Assembly: GCF_016127575.1 (NCBI RefSeq)
Contig: NZ_CP066019.1
Location: 1,920,001-1,952,000, forward strand
DNA: 32,000 bases
Direction of reading: 5' to 3'
Origin: Cupriavidus necator
GTDB taxonomy: Bacteria > Pseudomonadota > Gammaproteobacteria > Burkholderiales > Burkholderiaceae
Part shown: piece after piece, positions 8,064-17,586 of the stretch
Layout: each line of letters starts with the position of its first letter
Numbering within the stretch: position 1 is the first letter of the stretch
The notes under the pieces: generated by a model
Told to the model about the DNA's origin: nothing
What the model saw: the letters and a program-made list of their open reading frames with translations, nothing else
Database searches by the model: none
Program-made: the position numbers and the translations under genes

Positions 8064-8963
8064 TCACTTCACGGCAAGCGTAAACGGCAGCAGCAGCGCA
8101 TTCACAAGCAGCAAGCCATAGACGACCACCGCCGCCGCCGGGATGGCGAAACGCGTCCGATCCTGTGCGCGCGCGGCACGGCGCGTCCACAGGAACCCCG
8201 CACCCATCACGACCAGTCCTGAAAGCAGGCTCTCCACGGCAAGGGCTGCCGGATGGGACTTGTCCGGGCGGCTGTTCTTGTTCTCGGCAACGGGAGGCGC
8301 TGTGGCTTGCCAGACAGGCAGCGTTTCAACAGCCGGAGCCGTCGGCCGTGTTGGTTCGACGGGTTCCGGTCCAGCCGCCTCGGCAAGCGGCTCTGCCGGC
8401 GGCGGCTCTTCTTGCACGCGCTGCGTCGGCGCAGGGATCTGCGTTGAGGTCTGCGAGCCCTGCGCGGAAGACACCGCAGGCGGCGGTGCCGCCTCCTGGC
8501 TGGCGGGTGGCGACACCGCCGTTGCTGCTTGATTCGCGGAGTCGGACCGGCCCGGTGCGATTCGCATCGAATCCCGCTCCCGCCAGAATTTCGCGAACAT
8601 GCTTTCCAGGCAGCGCACCGAGCCGCACGCATCGCGCCGGCCGCGCCACGCCGCGATGTCCGAGTCCAGGATCCTGCCCTTGCGCAGCATCCTCTGCTGC
8701 TCGGCGTAAATGCGCTCGTAGCGCTCTGACAGCCTGGGGGAATCGCAGATCAGATGCCGCGGGCGCGCCTGCGGACCGGCCTCGTCCGTCGCAAGGCTGC
8801 ATCTCACCCCGGAGCCATCCGGATTGTTGCAGCGTACGGGGGATTCGCGCGCAATTGGCTTGCAGACGATGTCAGAGGCCCACGCGCCGCTTGCGGCAGT
8901 AAGGCCCGCTGCTACACCCACGGAGACAATGGTGGCCAGGCGCCCTGTGATCCTCTTCATCAT
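8064..8963 (-). CDS. Hypothetical exported, membrane-anchored protein (signal peptide, Cys-containing domain, Pro/Ala-rich linker, two C-terminal TM helices)
   Basis: 299 aa. Signal-like N-terminus MMKRITGRLATIVSVGVAAGLTAASGAWA. The Cys-bracketed segment ICDSPRLSERYERIYAEQQRML...AAWRGRRDACGSVRCLESMF is reminiscent of LprI/DUF1311-like periplasmic modules. A low-complexity P/A/E/Q region follows, and the hydrophobic C-terminus appears to hold 2 helices. Confidence 0.6.
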   Translation of the reverse strand: MMKRITGRLATIVSVGVAAGLTAASGAWASDIVCKPIARESPVRCNNPDGSGVRCSLATDEAGPQARPRHLICDSPRLSERYERIYAEQQRMLRKGRILDSDIAAWRGRRDACGSVRCLESMFAKFWRERDSMRIAPGRSDSANQAATAVSPPASQEAAPPPAVSSAQGSQTSTQIPAPTQRVQEEPPPAEPLAEAAGPEPVEPTRPTAPAVETLPVWQATAPPVAENKNSRPDKSHPAALAVESLLSGLVVMGAGFLWTRRAARAQDRTRFAIPAAAVVVYGLLLVNALLLPFTLAVK

Positions 8964-9227
8964 GATGCCCCATCAAAGCGGCCCAAGGCTTTCAAGCTAG
9001 TCGATAGTTGCCGGGTATTCCAGGCACGCAATGCGGGGCGCGCGCGGTAAGCCACCTTGCCCGGCACCGACAGGTCCGGATGCGTCGCGCGATGAACAAT
9101 GCATTGCGAAGCCGCAGCAACTTCTCACGCCGCGAGATTTCATGGCATTCTCGATACCCTCCGACACAGCCTCGCCTTCGAAAATTTCCCGAGCGGAATC
9201 ATGCACATCAAAGCGAAAGAGACTCTC

Positions 9228-10352
9228 ATGGACACTTCCAGGCCTTCCAGCCAGCGCCGCAACCTTTGTTCGATCCTGGGCATTTCCACGCCCATCATCC
9301 AGGCGCCCATGGCCGGTGTCAGCACAGCGGCCATGGCTGCAGCCGTGTCAGAGGCCGGCGGGCTGGGCTCGCTCGGCGTCGGGGCAATGGATGCCGAAGC
9401 GGCGCGAAAGACAATCCGCGAGACACGAGCGCTGACCGGCAAGCCATTCAACGTCAACCTGTTCTGCCACGCCCCCGCCAAGGCCGATGAGGTGCGCGAG
9501 CAGGCCTGGCTCAGCTACCTTGCCGCCCAGTTTGCCGAGCACGGCGCGACCACACCCGCCAGCTTGCGCGAGATCTACAGGAGTTTCGTGGCCGACGACG
9601 CCATGTTCCAGATGCTGCTGGAAGAAAAGCCAGCGGTTGTGAGCTTCCATTTTGGCCTTCCCGCCAAGCAGAAAATTGACGCGCTGCGCGCGGCCGGCAT
9701 TGTGCTGCTGGCCAGTGCAACGTCCCTGCATGAGGCCCGCCAGATAGAGGCCGCCGGCGTGGACGCCATCGTCGCGCAAGGCATTGAAGCTGGCGGACAC
9801 CGCGGCGCCTTCGACACCGATGGCTACGACGAAGGCCTCGGCACGCTGGCTCTGGTGCGTCTTCTGGTGCTGGGCACGAAACTTCCGGTGATTGCCTCGG
9901 GCGGCATCATGGACGGGGCAGGCATTGCCGCGGTACTGGCTCTCGGGGCAGAAGCCGCCCAGCTTGGCACCGCATTCGTCGCCTGCCCGGAGTCATCTGC
10001 CGATGCCGCCTATCGCGCGGCGCTGACCGCGCCCCAGCCGCGCGCGACCACGCTCACCCGCGCCATATCGGGCCGCGCGGCCAGGGGCTTCACCAACCGG
10101 CTCACGGCACTCGGCGCCGCCGCCGACGCACCTCCGGTGCCGGACTACCCGATCGCCTATGACGCGGGAAAGGCGCTTCACGCCGCTGCCAAGGCCGCGG
10201 GGAGCGCTGAGTACGCGGCGCAGTGGGCCGGGCAGGCAGCGCCGCTGGCCAGGTCCCTGCCGGCCGCGGAGCTGGTGGCGCAACTCAGGTCGGAGCTCAG
10301 GCAAGCGATCCTGCGCATGGCGACGTTTGCGGACCCGCAGGACGCAGCCTGA
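9228..10352 (+). CDS. Nitronate monooxygenase (NMO / 2-nitropropane dioxygenase family, FMN TIM barrel)
   Basis: 374 aa from the ATG at 9228 ([32 protein letters not shown]...). Contains [17 protein letters not shown] and IASGGI motifs. An alternative start at 9201 is possible. Confidence 0.88.
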   Translation: MDTSRPSSQRRNLCSILGISTPIIQAPMAGVSTAAMAAAVSEAGGLGSLGVGAMDAEAARKTIRETRALTGKPFNVNLFCHAPAKADEVREQAWLSYLAAQFAEHGATTPASLREIYRSFVADDAMFQMLLEEKPAVVSFHFGLPAKQKIDALRAAGIVLLASATSLHEARQIEAAGVDAIVAQGIEAGGHRGAFDTDGYDEGLGTLALVRLLVLGTKLPVIASGGIMDGAGIAAVLALGAEAAQLGTAFVACPESSADAAYRAALTAPQPRATTLTRAISGRAARGFTNRLTALGAAADAPPVPDYPIAYDAGKALHAAAKAAGSAEYAAQWAGQAAPLARSLPAAELVAQLRSELRQAILRMATFADPQDAA

Positions 10353-10435
10353 GCGTATCTATAACAATTATTTGAATGTACTGACTGCCGGCTCTACGAT
10401 GGCGCAACCCAACGTCGCCACTCCCACGAGGCCCC

Positions 10436-11032
10436 ATGCATATCGCCATCCTGACCTTCGAAGGCTTTAACGAAATCGACTCGCTGATCGCGCTCTCCAT
10501 CCTCAACCGGGTCAAGCGGCCCGGCTGGCGGGTTTCGATCGCCAGTCCGGCGGCCAAGGTGCGTTCGCTGAACGGTGTGGTGATGGAGGCGCAAGCATCG
10601 TTGGAGGACGCATGCAACGCGGACGCTGTGCTGGTGGGTAGTGGGATACGAACCCGGGAAGTCGTCGCCGATACCGCGCTGATGTCGCAACTCCGCTTCG
10701 ACCCGACGCGCCAGTTGTTGGGCGCGCAATGCTCGGGCACGCTCATACTAGCCAAACTGGGCTTGGTGAACGACGTTCCGGCCTGTACGGACCTGATCTC
10801 CAAGCCATGGGTAGTGGAGGCAGGCGTGGCTGTGCTCGATCAGCCGTTTGTCGCCAGGGGAAACGTTGCAACCGCCGGCGGATGCCTGGCGTCGCAGTAC
10901 CTGGCCGCCTGGTTCATCGCCCGTCTGGAAGGCGTCGAGGCTGCACGCAACGCGATTGACTATGTGGCGCCAGTGGGCGAGAAGGTGGCCTACGTGACGC
11001 GCGCGATGGCGAACATTGCGCCGTTCCTCTGA
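10436..11032 (+). CDS. DJ-1/PfpI family protein
   Basis: 198 aa. MHIAILTFEGFNEIDS... with the nucleophile-elbow Cys in GAQCSGTLILAKLG. GAGG RBS upstream. Confidence 0.85.
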   Translation: MHIAILTFEGFNEIDSLIALSILNRVKRPGWRVSIASPAAKVRSLNGVVMEAQASLEDACNADAVLVGSGIRTREVVADTALMSQLRFDPTRQLLGAQCSGTLILAKLGLVNDVPACTDLISKPWVVEAGVAVLDQPFVARGNVATAGGCLASQYLAAWFIARLEGVEAARNAIDYVAPVGEKVAYVTRAMANIAPFL

Positions 11033-11061
11033 TGTGCGCCCCGGTCGAGCCGGCGCGCCAG

Positions 11062-12441
11062 CTAAGCCTGTAGCCGCAATTCCTGCAGCAGCGTCGGTAC
11101 CAGCTCCGACACCGTCGGATGGATGTGCATCGCGCGGCTGATGGTGGTATAGGGTGCCTTGGCATACATGATGTCGAGCAGTGAGTGAATCACCTCGTCG
11201 CCGGTCACGCCGAGGATCGCGGCGCCCAGGATCATGCGGGTATCGGCGTCGACCACGACCTTCATGAAGCCCTGGCTCTCGCCCTTCTCCACGGCTCGCC
11301 CGACGCGGCTCATGGGGCGAGAGCCGACCAGCAGCCTGCGTCCGGATTGCCGGGCTTCTGCTTCCGTCATGCCGGCGCGGCCGAGCGGAGGGTCGATGAA
11401 CATGGCATAGGCTGCGATGCGGTCCGTCACCTTGCGGGGATCGTTGTCGAGAAGGTTGGCAGCGACGATCTCATAGTCGTTGTACGACGTATGCGTGAAC
11501 GCTCCGCGGCCATTGCAGTCGCCAAGCGCCCAGATGCCGGGGACATTGGTGCGCAACTGTTCGTCTACCTGGATATAGCCGCGGGCGTCGGTCTCCACCC
11601 CCGCCTGGTCCAGCCCCAGGTCCTCCGTGTTGGGCACGCGCCCGACCGCCAGCAGCAGGTGCGAGCCGTGGACGTCGCGCGCCCCGTCCGAACAATCCAG
11701 CCCGACCGCAATGTGGTCGCCTTCCCTGCGCGCGCTCAGGCAGTTGGCATTGAGCCGGATTTCGATCCCCTCGCGCTCCAGGATCTCCAGCACCGCCTGC
11801 GACACATCCTCGTCTTCGCGCTGGATCAGGCGCGAGCCTTTTTCGACAACGGTCACCCTGGCCCCAAAACGCCGGTACATCTGGCCAAACTCAAGGCCAA
11901 TGTAGCTGCCGCCAACGATGATCAGGTGCTCCGGCAGGAAATCCACCTCCATCATGCTCGAGTTGGTCAGGTACGGCACCTGGTCCAGCCCGGGCATGGG
12001 CGGAACCAGGGCCCGGCCGCCGACGTTCACGAAAATCCGGTCAGCTTCCAGCAGTTCGCCGTTGACCCGCACGCTATGCGCGCTTTCAAAGCGGGCATGA
12101 CCTTGATACACCGTGACGTTCTCCAGCCCGCGCATCCACTGTTCCACACCGTTGCTGGAACGGCCGGAGATCTCGTCCTTGCGTGCCTTCACCTGCTTCA
12201 TGTCGACGGCGACCGGCCCGCCGATGGTCACGCCGTACTCGGCAGCCCGCCGCGCCAGTTGCGCTGCGTACGCGCTTGCGATGAGGGTTTTGGTGGGAAT
12301 GCAGCCGGTGTTCACGCAGGTGCCGCCAAAACGCGCGCGCTCGATGACGGCCGTTTTCATGCCCGCGCCGGCCAGCCGCGCAGCGAGTGCGGGACCGGCT
12401 TGTCCGGTGCCGATGATGATCGCGTCGAATCCTTGAGCCAT
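11062..12441 (-). CDS. FAD-dependent pyridine nucleotide-disulfide oxidoreductase (class I, dihydrolipoamide dehydrogenase / mercuric reductase-like)
   Basis: 459 aa from the ATG at 12441, with an AAGGAGA RBS. Contains the GxGxxG motif (IIIGTGQAGPA) and the redox-active GGTCVNTGCIPTK disulfide motif. There is a C-terminal dimerisation domain, and no NmerA or C-terminal Cys pair. Confidence 0.88.
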   Translation of the reverse strand: MAQGFDAIIIGTGQAGPALAARLAGAGMKTAVIERARFGGTCVNTGCIPTKTLIASAYAAQLARRAAEYGVTIGGPVAVDMKQVKARKDEISGRSSNGVEQWMRGLENVTVYQGHARFESAHSVRVNGELLEADRIFVNVGGRALVPPMPGLDQVPYLTNSSMMEVDFLPEHLIIVGGSYIGLEFGQMYRRFGARVTVVEKGSRLIQREDEDVSQAVLEILEREGIEIRLNANCLSARREGDHIAVGLDCSDGARDVHGSHLLLAVGRVPNTEDLGLDQAGVETDARGYIQVDEQLRTNVPGIWALGDCNGRGAFTHTSYNDYEIVAANLLDNDPRKVTDRIAAYAMFIDPPLGRAGMTEAEARQSGRRLLVGSRPMSRVGRAVEKGESQGFMKVVVDADTRMILGAAILGVTGDEVIHSLLDIMYAKAPYTTISRAMHIHPTVSELVPTLLQELRLQA

Positions 12442-12509
12442 CACGATTCTCCTTGCCTGGTATCGCAAAGCCACAAGGTACTTTAGATGGTGCGACGCTG
12501 CCCTGCCAG

Positions 12510-13427
12510 CTACGCGTAGGCGTCGACGCCCCGCACCAGCAGCCTGGCCAGCCGAGGCCGTCGCAACTGCTCCAGCCACCATTGCAGCGCGCGGCCTTCG
12601 TGATCGCCGCGCCAGCCCACGTAGAGCAGGTTGGGCTCGCGCGGGTCGGCGGTGCGCTTCTCTATCAGTTCGCCGCGCTGCAGCAGCGAGCCGACCCGGT
12701 GCCTGGGCAGCCAGCCGATCCCCAGGCCATCGCGCTGCGCCAGGGTCTTGGCTCGCACGCTCGGCACGGCCAGCAAGCGCTGACCACCCACCATGCCGTA
12801 AGCGCGGCCGCCCGTGAGGCGTGATGAATCTGCCACCACCACGGCACGATGGCGGGCGATCTCCTCACGTGTCAATGGTTCGCGCGCGGCCGCCAGCGGA
12901 TGCCGGGGCGAGACCGCAAACACCCATTCGATCACGCCCAGCTCGAACCACCCCAGGTTGGGGATGGCGGGCGGCTCGTTGGTGGCACCGATGACCAGAT
13001 CGGCGCGGCCATCCCGCAGCGCTTCCCAGGTGCCGGCCAGCACTTCGTGTGTGACGCGCAGCGCCACGCCGGATTCCTGCGCGTCGAACGCATGCATGAC
13101 GGGCATCAGCGTCTCGAATTCCATCAGCTCGTCGGTCACGATCCACAACCGGTCTTCCCAGCCATTGGCGACCTGCCGCACGCGCTGTGTGACGCGCGCG
13201 ACATCCTGCGCAAGCCGGGCGGCTTCTTCGGTGAGCAATTCGCCGGCGCGCGTCAGCTGCAGGCGGTAGCCGCGGCGGTCGAACAAGAGTGCATCAAAGC
13301 GCTGCTCCAGCTGCCGCGCGGCGTGCGACACCGTGGACGGCGCCTTGCCCAGCCTGGCCGCCGCGCGCGACAGGCTGCCGGCCTCCCGGATGGCCTCCAG
13401 CAGGGCCAATTCGTCCTCCGACAACAT
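12510..13427 (-). CDS. LysR-family transcriptional regulator
   Basis: 305 aa from the ATG at 13427, with a GGAG RBS. The N-terminal HTH is LLEAIREAGSLSRAAARLGKAPSTVSHAARQLEQ. It is divergent from the SDR-ABM pair and lies upstream of the FAD oxidoreductase. Confidence 0.9.
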   Translation of the reverse strand: MLSEDELALLEAIREAGSLSRAAARLGKAPSTVSHAARQLEQRFDALLFDRRGYRLQLTRAGELLTEEAARLAQDVARVTQRVRQVANGWEDRLWIVTDELMEFETLMPVMHAFDAQESGVALRVTHEVLAGTWEALRDGRADLVIGATNEPPAIPNLGWFELGVIEWVFAVSPRHPLAAAREPLTREEIARHRAVVVADSSRLTGGRAYGMVGGQRLLAVPSVRAKTLAQRDGLGIGWLPRHRVGSLLQRGELIEKRTADPREPNLLYVGWRGDHEGRALQWWLEQLRRPRLARLLVRGVDAYA

Positions 13428-13540
13428 GTGCAACTCCTTCGAACGTGTTCGTCGGATTGATCGTATGGCAAACCGGAGGCCAGCGCCCATACTCCAGTCA
13501 CGCAATTGTTCAAATTCACCTTTCCCGATTGGAGGACATC

Positions 13541-14290
13541 ATGAATCGCTTCGAAGGCAAGACCGTTCTGATCACTGGCGGCAACAGCGGCATCGGCCTG
13601 GCGGCTGCCCAGGCATTCGCCCAGGAAGGCGCCCGCGTGGTCATCACCGGCCGCGACGCAGCGGCACTGGAGGGCGCCCGCGCCACGCTCGGCAACGAGG
13701 CCATCGCCATCCGCAACGAAACCGGCACCGTGCAGGCCGCGCGTGACCTGGCTCGCCAGCTGACCGACGCAGGCATCCGCCTGGACGCCGTCTTCATCAA
13801 CGCCGGCATTGCCAAGTTTGCCGCCGTTGCCGATGTGGACGAGGCACTGTGGGACGCCACCTTCAACGCCAACGTGAAGGGCGCGTACTTCCAGATCCAG
13901 GCGCTGCTGCCGCTGCTGAACCGGGGCACGTCGATCGTGCTGAACGGCTCGATCAATGCGCGCATCGGCATGCCGATGTCTTCCGTGTATGCCGCCAGCA
14001 AGGCAGCACTGATCTCGCTTGCCAGGACCCTGTCGGGTGAGCTGGTCAGCTCGGGCATCCGGGTAAATGTGGTCAGCCCCGGGCCGGTGACGACGCCGCT
14101 GTACGGCAAGCTGGGCCTGGAAGCCGACACCCTGTCGGCCACTGCCGCGCAGATCCAGAGCCGGATTCCGCTGGGCCGCTTCGGCCTGCCGGCGGAGATT
14201 GCGTCGACGGTGCTGCATCTGTCGGCGCCCGAATCGGCCTTCATCGTCGGTACGGAAATCATCGCCGACGGCGGCATGAGCCAACTGTAA
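13541..14290 (+). CDS. Short-chain dehydrogenase/reductase (SDR)
   Basis: 249 aa. TGGNSGIG cofactor motif and YAASK catalytic motif. Strong GGAGGA RBS 4 nt upstream of the ATG at 13541. The listed ORF start at 13289 is an extension. Confidence 0.92.
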   Translation: MNRFEGKTVLITGGNSGIGLAAAQAFAQEGARVVITGRDAAALEGARATLGNEAIAIRNETGTVQAARDLARQLTDAGIRLDAVFINAGIAKFAAVADVDEALWDATFNANVKGAYFQIQALLPLLNRGTSIVLNGSINARIGMPMSSVYAASKAALISLARTLSGELVSSGIRVNVVSPGPVTTPLYGKLGLEADTLSATAAQIQSRIPLGRFGLPAEIASTVLHLSAPESAFIVGTEIIADGGMSQL

Positions 14291-14363
14291 GTCAATGCCT
14301 CTGCGGGCCGCGGCGTGGGCGCGGTCTGCGCATGAGGTGGCCCATCCTGCCTGGAGCAGCTTC

Positions 14364-14705
14364 ATGAACCAATCCATTGCCTTTATCGTCCATCTGCCGG
14401 GCAAGCCCGAGCGGCGCGCTGAGCTAGAGTCGAGACTGCTTGATGTCCTCGAGCAGATGTCGAAGGAGCCGGACTTTATCAACACGTATCTGCACCGCTC
14501 GCTCGAAGATCCTGACACCCTGGTTCTCTATGAGAACTGGGCCTGCAGCGAGCAGCATTTCAGGGACCACCACCTGAAAGCGTCCTACCGGCGCGAATAC
14601 GAGGCGGTGCTGGCCGATCTGCTGAAAGCACCACGCACGCCGGAGTTTCTAACGCCGGCGATGTCTCGCCTTGTGCCAGCGTGCCGGCCGGATCTTCACG
14701 CTTGA
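14364..14705 (+). CDS. Antibiotic-biosynthesis-monooxygenase (ABM) domain protein
   Basis: 113 aa from the ATG at 14364 (MNQSIAFIVHLPGKPERRAELESRLLDVLEQM...LVLYENW). The last ~15 codons run antisense through the OMF gene remnant, so the native C-terminus is uncertain. Confidence 0.7.
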   Translation: MNQSIAFIVHLPGKPERRAELESRLLDVLEQMSKEPDFINTYLHRSLEDPDTLVLYENWACSEQHFRDHHLKASYRREYEAVLADLLKAPRTPEFLTPAMSRLVPACRPDLHA

Positions 14706-14760
14706 TCAGCGCCGAGAAGGCATTTTCGACATCCTCGGTCGCGCGCAGCACAGTCTGACG
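14650..14760 (-). pseudogene. Remnant of a NodT-family outer-membrane-factor gene (internal C-terminal fragment only)
   Basis: The minus-strand translation ...RQTVLRATEDVENAFSALIKREDPAGTLAQGE matches YRKAMLRATEDVENAIITLTQLE of the intact OMF at 28453-29931, with 10 consecutive identical residues encoded by different codons. An in-frame TGA lies immediately upstream, and recognisable similarity ends after ~35 codons. Boundaries are approximate. Confidence 0.6.
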
Positions 14761-14808
14761 GCATAGTCATGTCGTGATTGGTGATTTCCATGAATGGGCG
14801 AAGGCTGC

Positions 14809-15747
14809 TCAGCCAGCCGTCTGGTGCGCAGCGCGCTGGCGCTCATAGACCTGCAGGTGGCAATATGCCGCACGGCTCAACGGAAGCTCATGCCCGTACC
14901 CGGCTGCGCGCTTGATGAGATCGCCGACGATGGCGTCGGCTTCTATGCGTGGGGCGCCCCGCGCTATATCCCGCATCATCGAGGCAGCCCAGGTCGATGC
15001 TTCGTCCAGCAGTCGGGCCTGCATGGCAGCGACAACGGGTTCAGGGATGGCATGGCCGTACAGTTGCGCCACCGTGCGGCACTCCGCAATCGCGTCAAGC
15101 ATCAGGCGACGGCCATCCTGGGTCTTCATGATGTCCGCCACGGTCCCGCGCATCAGGCATGTCATCACTGCGCCGGCGGCAATCATGGCCCACTTGTTCC
15201 ACAGCTCCTGCCCGATGGCGCCCGATAGCTCACGCGTACCGGCCGCCCTGGACACCAGCGCATGGAAATCCGCGGCCAATGCCGACCCCTGCGCGGCGCG
15301 CGGGCCGACTACCAGCCGGTCCATGCGGCCGGCGTGCACGACGGTTCCATCCGCCGCCAGCGTTGTCGCTATGTATGCGACTCCACCCAGCACGCGTTGC
15401 CTGCCAAAGCACTGGTCGAGCCGGTCATAGGCGTCAAGGCCGTTGAGCAGAGGCAATACCGCAGTGTCCCGGCCAACGGCCGGGCTGATGGCCCGGATCG
15501 CGTCGGCAAGGTCGTAGGCCTTGCATGCCAGCAGTACCACGTCGAACTGCGCGCCGACCTGACCGGCCAGGACCATCTTTACCGGGCGGTGGAAGTCGCC
15601 AAGTTCGCTACGCACGGCCAGGCCAACCCGTTCCAGCGCCCGCGCGCGGCCGGGCCGCAACATGAAGGTGACATCCGCGCCTGCCTCGATCAGGCGCGCG
15701 CCATAGTAGCCGCCCATGCCCCCGGCACCGAGTACAAGAATCTTCAT
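14809..15747 (-). CDS. 2-dehydropantoate 2-reductase family protein (PanE/ApbA-like ketoreductase)
   Basis: 312 aa from the ATG at 15747 ([19 protein letters not shown]...). Its start overlaps the stop of the upstream MaoC gene (ATGA), which suggests translational coupling. Confidence 0.85.
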   Translation of the reverse strand: MKILVLGAGGMGGYYGARLIEAGADVTFMLRPGRARALERVGLAVRSELGDFHRPVKMVLAGQVGAQFDVVLLACKAYDLADAIRAISPAVGRDTAVLPLLNGLDAYDRLDQCFGRQRVLGGVAYIATTLAADGTVVHAGRMDRLVVGPRAAQGSALAADFHALVSRAAGTRELSGAIGQELWNKWAMIAAGAVMTCLMRGTVADIMKTQDGRRLMLDAIAECRTVAQLYGHAIPEPVVAAMQARLLDEASTWAASMMRDIARGAPRIEADAIVGDLIKRAAGYGHELPLSRAAYCHLQVYERQRAAHQTAG

Positions 15748-16217
15748 GACGCCTCTGCCTGCGCGGCGGCTGCGGGGCGGCACTGGACGATCAGGTTGCC
15801 GGTGAAAACCTGCACTGGCTCGTCGGCCTGGTTGAAGGTTGTGGTACGCACCTTCACCACGCCCTGGTCGGGGCGCGATTTCGAAATCCGCACTTCAAGT
15901 ATCTCGCTCTCGATATGCAGTTCATCGCCAGGGCGAACCGGCCTTGGCCAGCGCAGCTCCTCGAAGCCCGCGCCGACGATGCCGCCCGCGGGCCGGAATT
16001 CGCCGTCGACCAGCAGGCGCATCGTCAGCGCAGCGGTATGCCAACCGCTCGCAGCCAGTCCACGAAACAGTGTGTCGCGGGCGGCGGCTTCATCGAGATG
16101 GAAGGGCTGCGGGTCGAACTCGGCAGCAAAGGCCTTGATCCGTTCAGGCGCGACGGTCAGCCGCCCCGAACCGTATCGTTGGCCCGCCGCGAGATCCTCG
16201 ATGTATTGAATGTTCAT
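15744..16217 (-). CDS. MaoC-like (R)-specific enoyl-CoA hydratase/dehydratase (hot-dog fold)
   Basis: 157 aa. [31 protein letters not shown] is typical of the MaoC dehydratase domain. GGAGGAGA RBS. Confidence 0.88.
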   Translation of the reverse strand: MNIQYIEDLAAGQRYGSGRLTVAPERIKAFAAEFDPQPFHLDEAAARDTLFRGLAASGWHTAALTMRLLVDGEFRPAGGIVGAGFEELRWPRPVRPGDELHIESEILEVRISKSRPDQGVVKVRTTTFNQADEPVQVFTGNLIVQCRPAAAAQAEAS

Positions 16218-16282
16218 TTTCTCCTCCAGATGGTTTGTGCTGAACTTTGCATCAATGCACGCCCGCTACGAGAACAGACGGA

Positions 16283-17470
16283 TCAGGCCAGCGTCTCGAG
16301 CGCCAGCGCAATCCCTTGTCCGCCGCCGATGCACAGCGTGACGATGCCGCGCCGTATGCCGTCGGCGCGCATGGCATGCAGCAGCCGCGTCGTCAGCACC
16401 GCGCCGGTCGCACCGATCGGATGGCCGTGGGCAATGGCGCCACCGTCGACGTTGATGATGTCGTGCGGCAATCCGAGCTCCACCGCGACAGCCAGCGGCA
16501 CCGCGGCAAATGCTTCATTGATCTCGATGCGTTCAATGTCGCCCAGCTCCCAGCCGGCGCGTTGCAGCGCCTGCCGCACCGCCGGGACCGGGCCCAGCCC
16601 GAACATGCCGGGCTCCACGGCCCCGACACCGTAAGCGGCCAATCGTCCCAACGGCTGCAGCCCCCTGGCTTCAGCCAGCGCACGTTCGGCAATGATCATG
16701 GCCGCTGCGCCGCTGTTGAGCCCGGGCGCATTGCCGGCGGTAATCGTGCCGTCCGGGCGAAACGCCGGCTTGAGCCGGCCGAGCGTATCGAGGCTGGTAT
16801 CAGGGCGGTTGGCTTCGTCCACTTCGAACATGGCCGTACCGCCCTTCCCTTTGGTCGCCACCCCGGCAATCTGGCCGGTGAATCGCCCGTTCGCCTGCGC
16901 CAGCGCGAAATTCCGCTGCGAACGCTCGGCCCAGCGGTCTTGGGCCTCGCGGGTCAGCGCGTAGCGGGCGACAAGGTCCTCGGTATGCCATCCGGAGTGC
17001 TCACCGGAGAAGGCGTCAAACAGGCCGTCGTGCAGCATGCTGTCGTACAGGACGGAATCGCCCATGCGTTGACCCCAGCGGCCGGACGGCATCAGGTATG
17101 GCGCGCGATCCATGTTTTCCATGCCGCCGGCGATGGCGATATCTACATAGCCGAGCCGTACCTCGTCCGCTGCCGTGGCGATGGCCTGGGCCCCCGAGCC
17201 GCAAACGCGGTTGACGGTCATCGCCGGAACCGAAACCGGCAGCCCTGCCCCAATGGCAGCCTGCCGGGCCGGGTTCATGCGGTTGCCGGCCTGGATCACA
17301 TTTCCGAACACCACGCTGCCGACCTCGCCTGGATCGATTCCCGCCCGTGCCACGGTTGCCCGTATCGCTGCGGCGCCGAGATCAACCGCCGGAACGGCCT
17401 TCAGTGAGCCGTTGTAGGCGCCAATGGCGGTGCGCACCGGCTGGCACAGCACGACATCTCTTGCATGCAT
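16283..17470 (-). CDS. Acetyl-CoA C-acetyl/acyltransferase (thiolase)
   Basis: 395 aa from the ATG at 17470, with a GGGAGA RBS. Contains NRVCGSG (active-site Cys), the GHPIGATG motif and the C-terminal CIGGGQG motif. Confidence 0.93.
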   Translation of the reverse strand: MHARDVVLCQPVRTAIGAYNGSLKAVPAVDLGAAAIRATVARAGIDPGEVGSVVFGNVIQAGNRMNPARQAAIGAGLPVSVPAMTVNRVCGSGAQAIATAADEVRLGYVDIAIAGGMENMDRAPYLMPSGRWGQRMGDSVLYDSMLHDGLFDAFSGEHSGWHTEDLVARYALTREAQDRWAERSQRNFALAQANGRFTGQIAGVATKGKGGTAMFEVDEANRPDTSLDTLGRLKPAFRPDGTITAGNAPGLNSGAAAMIIAERALAEARGLQPLGRLAAYGVGAVEPGMFGLGPVPAVRQALQRAGWELGDIERIEINEAFAAVPLAVAVELGLPHDIINVDGGAIAHGHPIGATGAVLTTRLLHAMRADGIRRGIVTLCIGGGQGIALALETLA

Positions 17471-17586
17471 CGCATTCTCCCTACCAAACAATCAGTTTCA
17501 ATCGGCCGCACGCACTCCATGCGGTATGCGCCCGGTAGCCGGGTCTTGAAGGTTGCAACAAGAATTGGCTGCGCGGGAAATCCGGC

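Noticed and set aside
14560-14751. A 63-aa minus-strand ORF taken as an intact small gene.
   Set aside because: Only its first ~35 codons resemble anything (the NodT OMF C-terminal region). The rest is antisense to the ABM gene. It is better interpreted as a gene remnant and is reported as a pseudogene.
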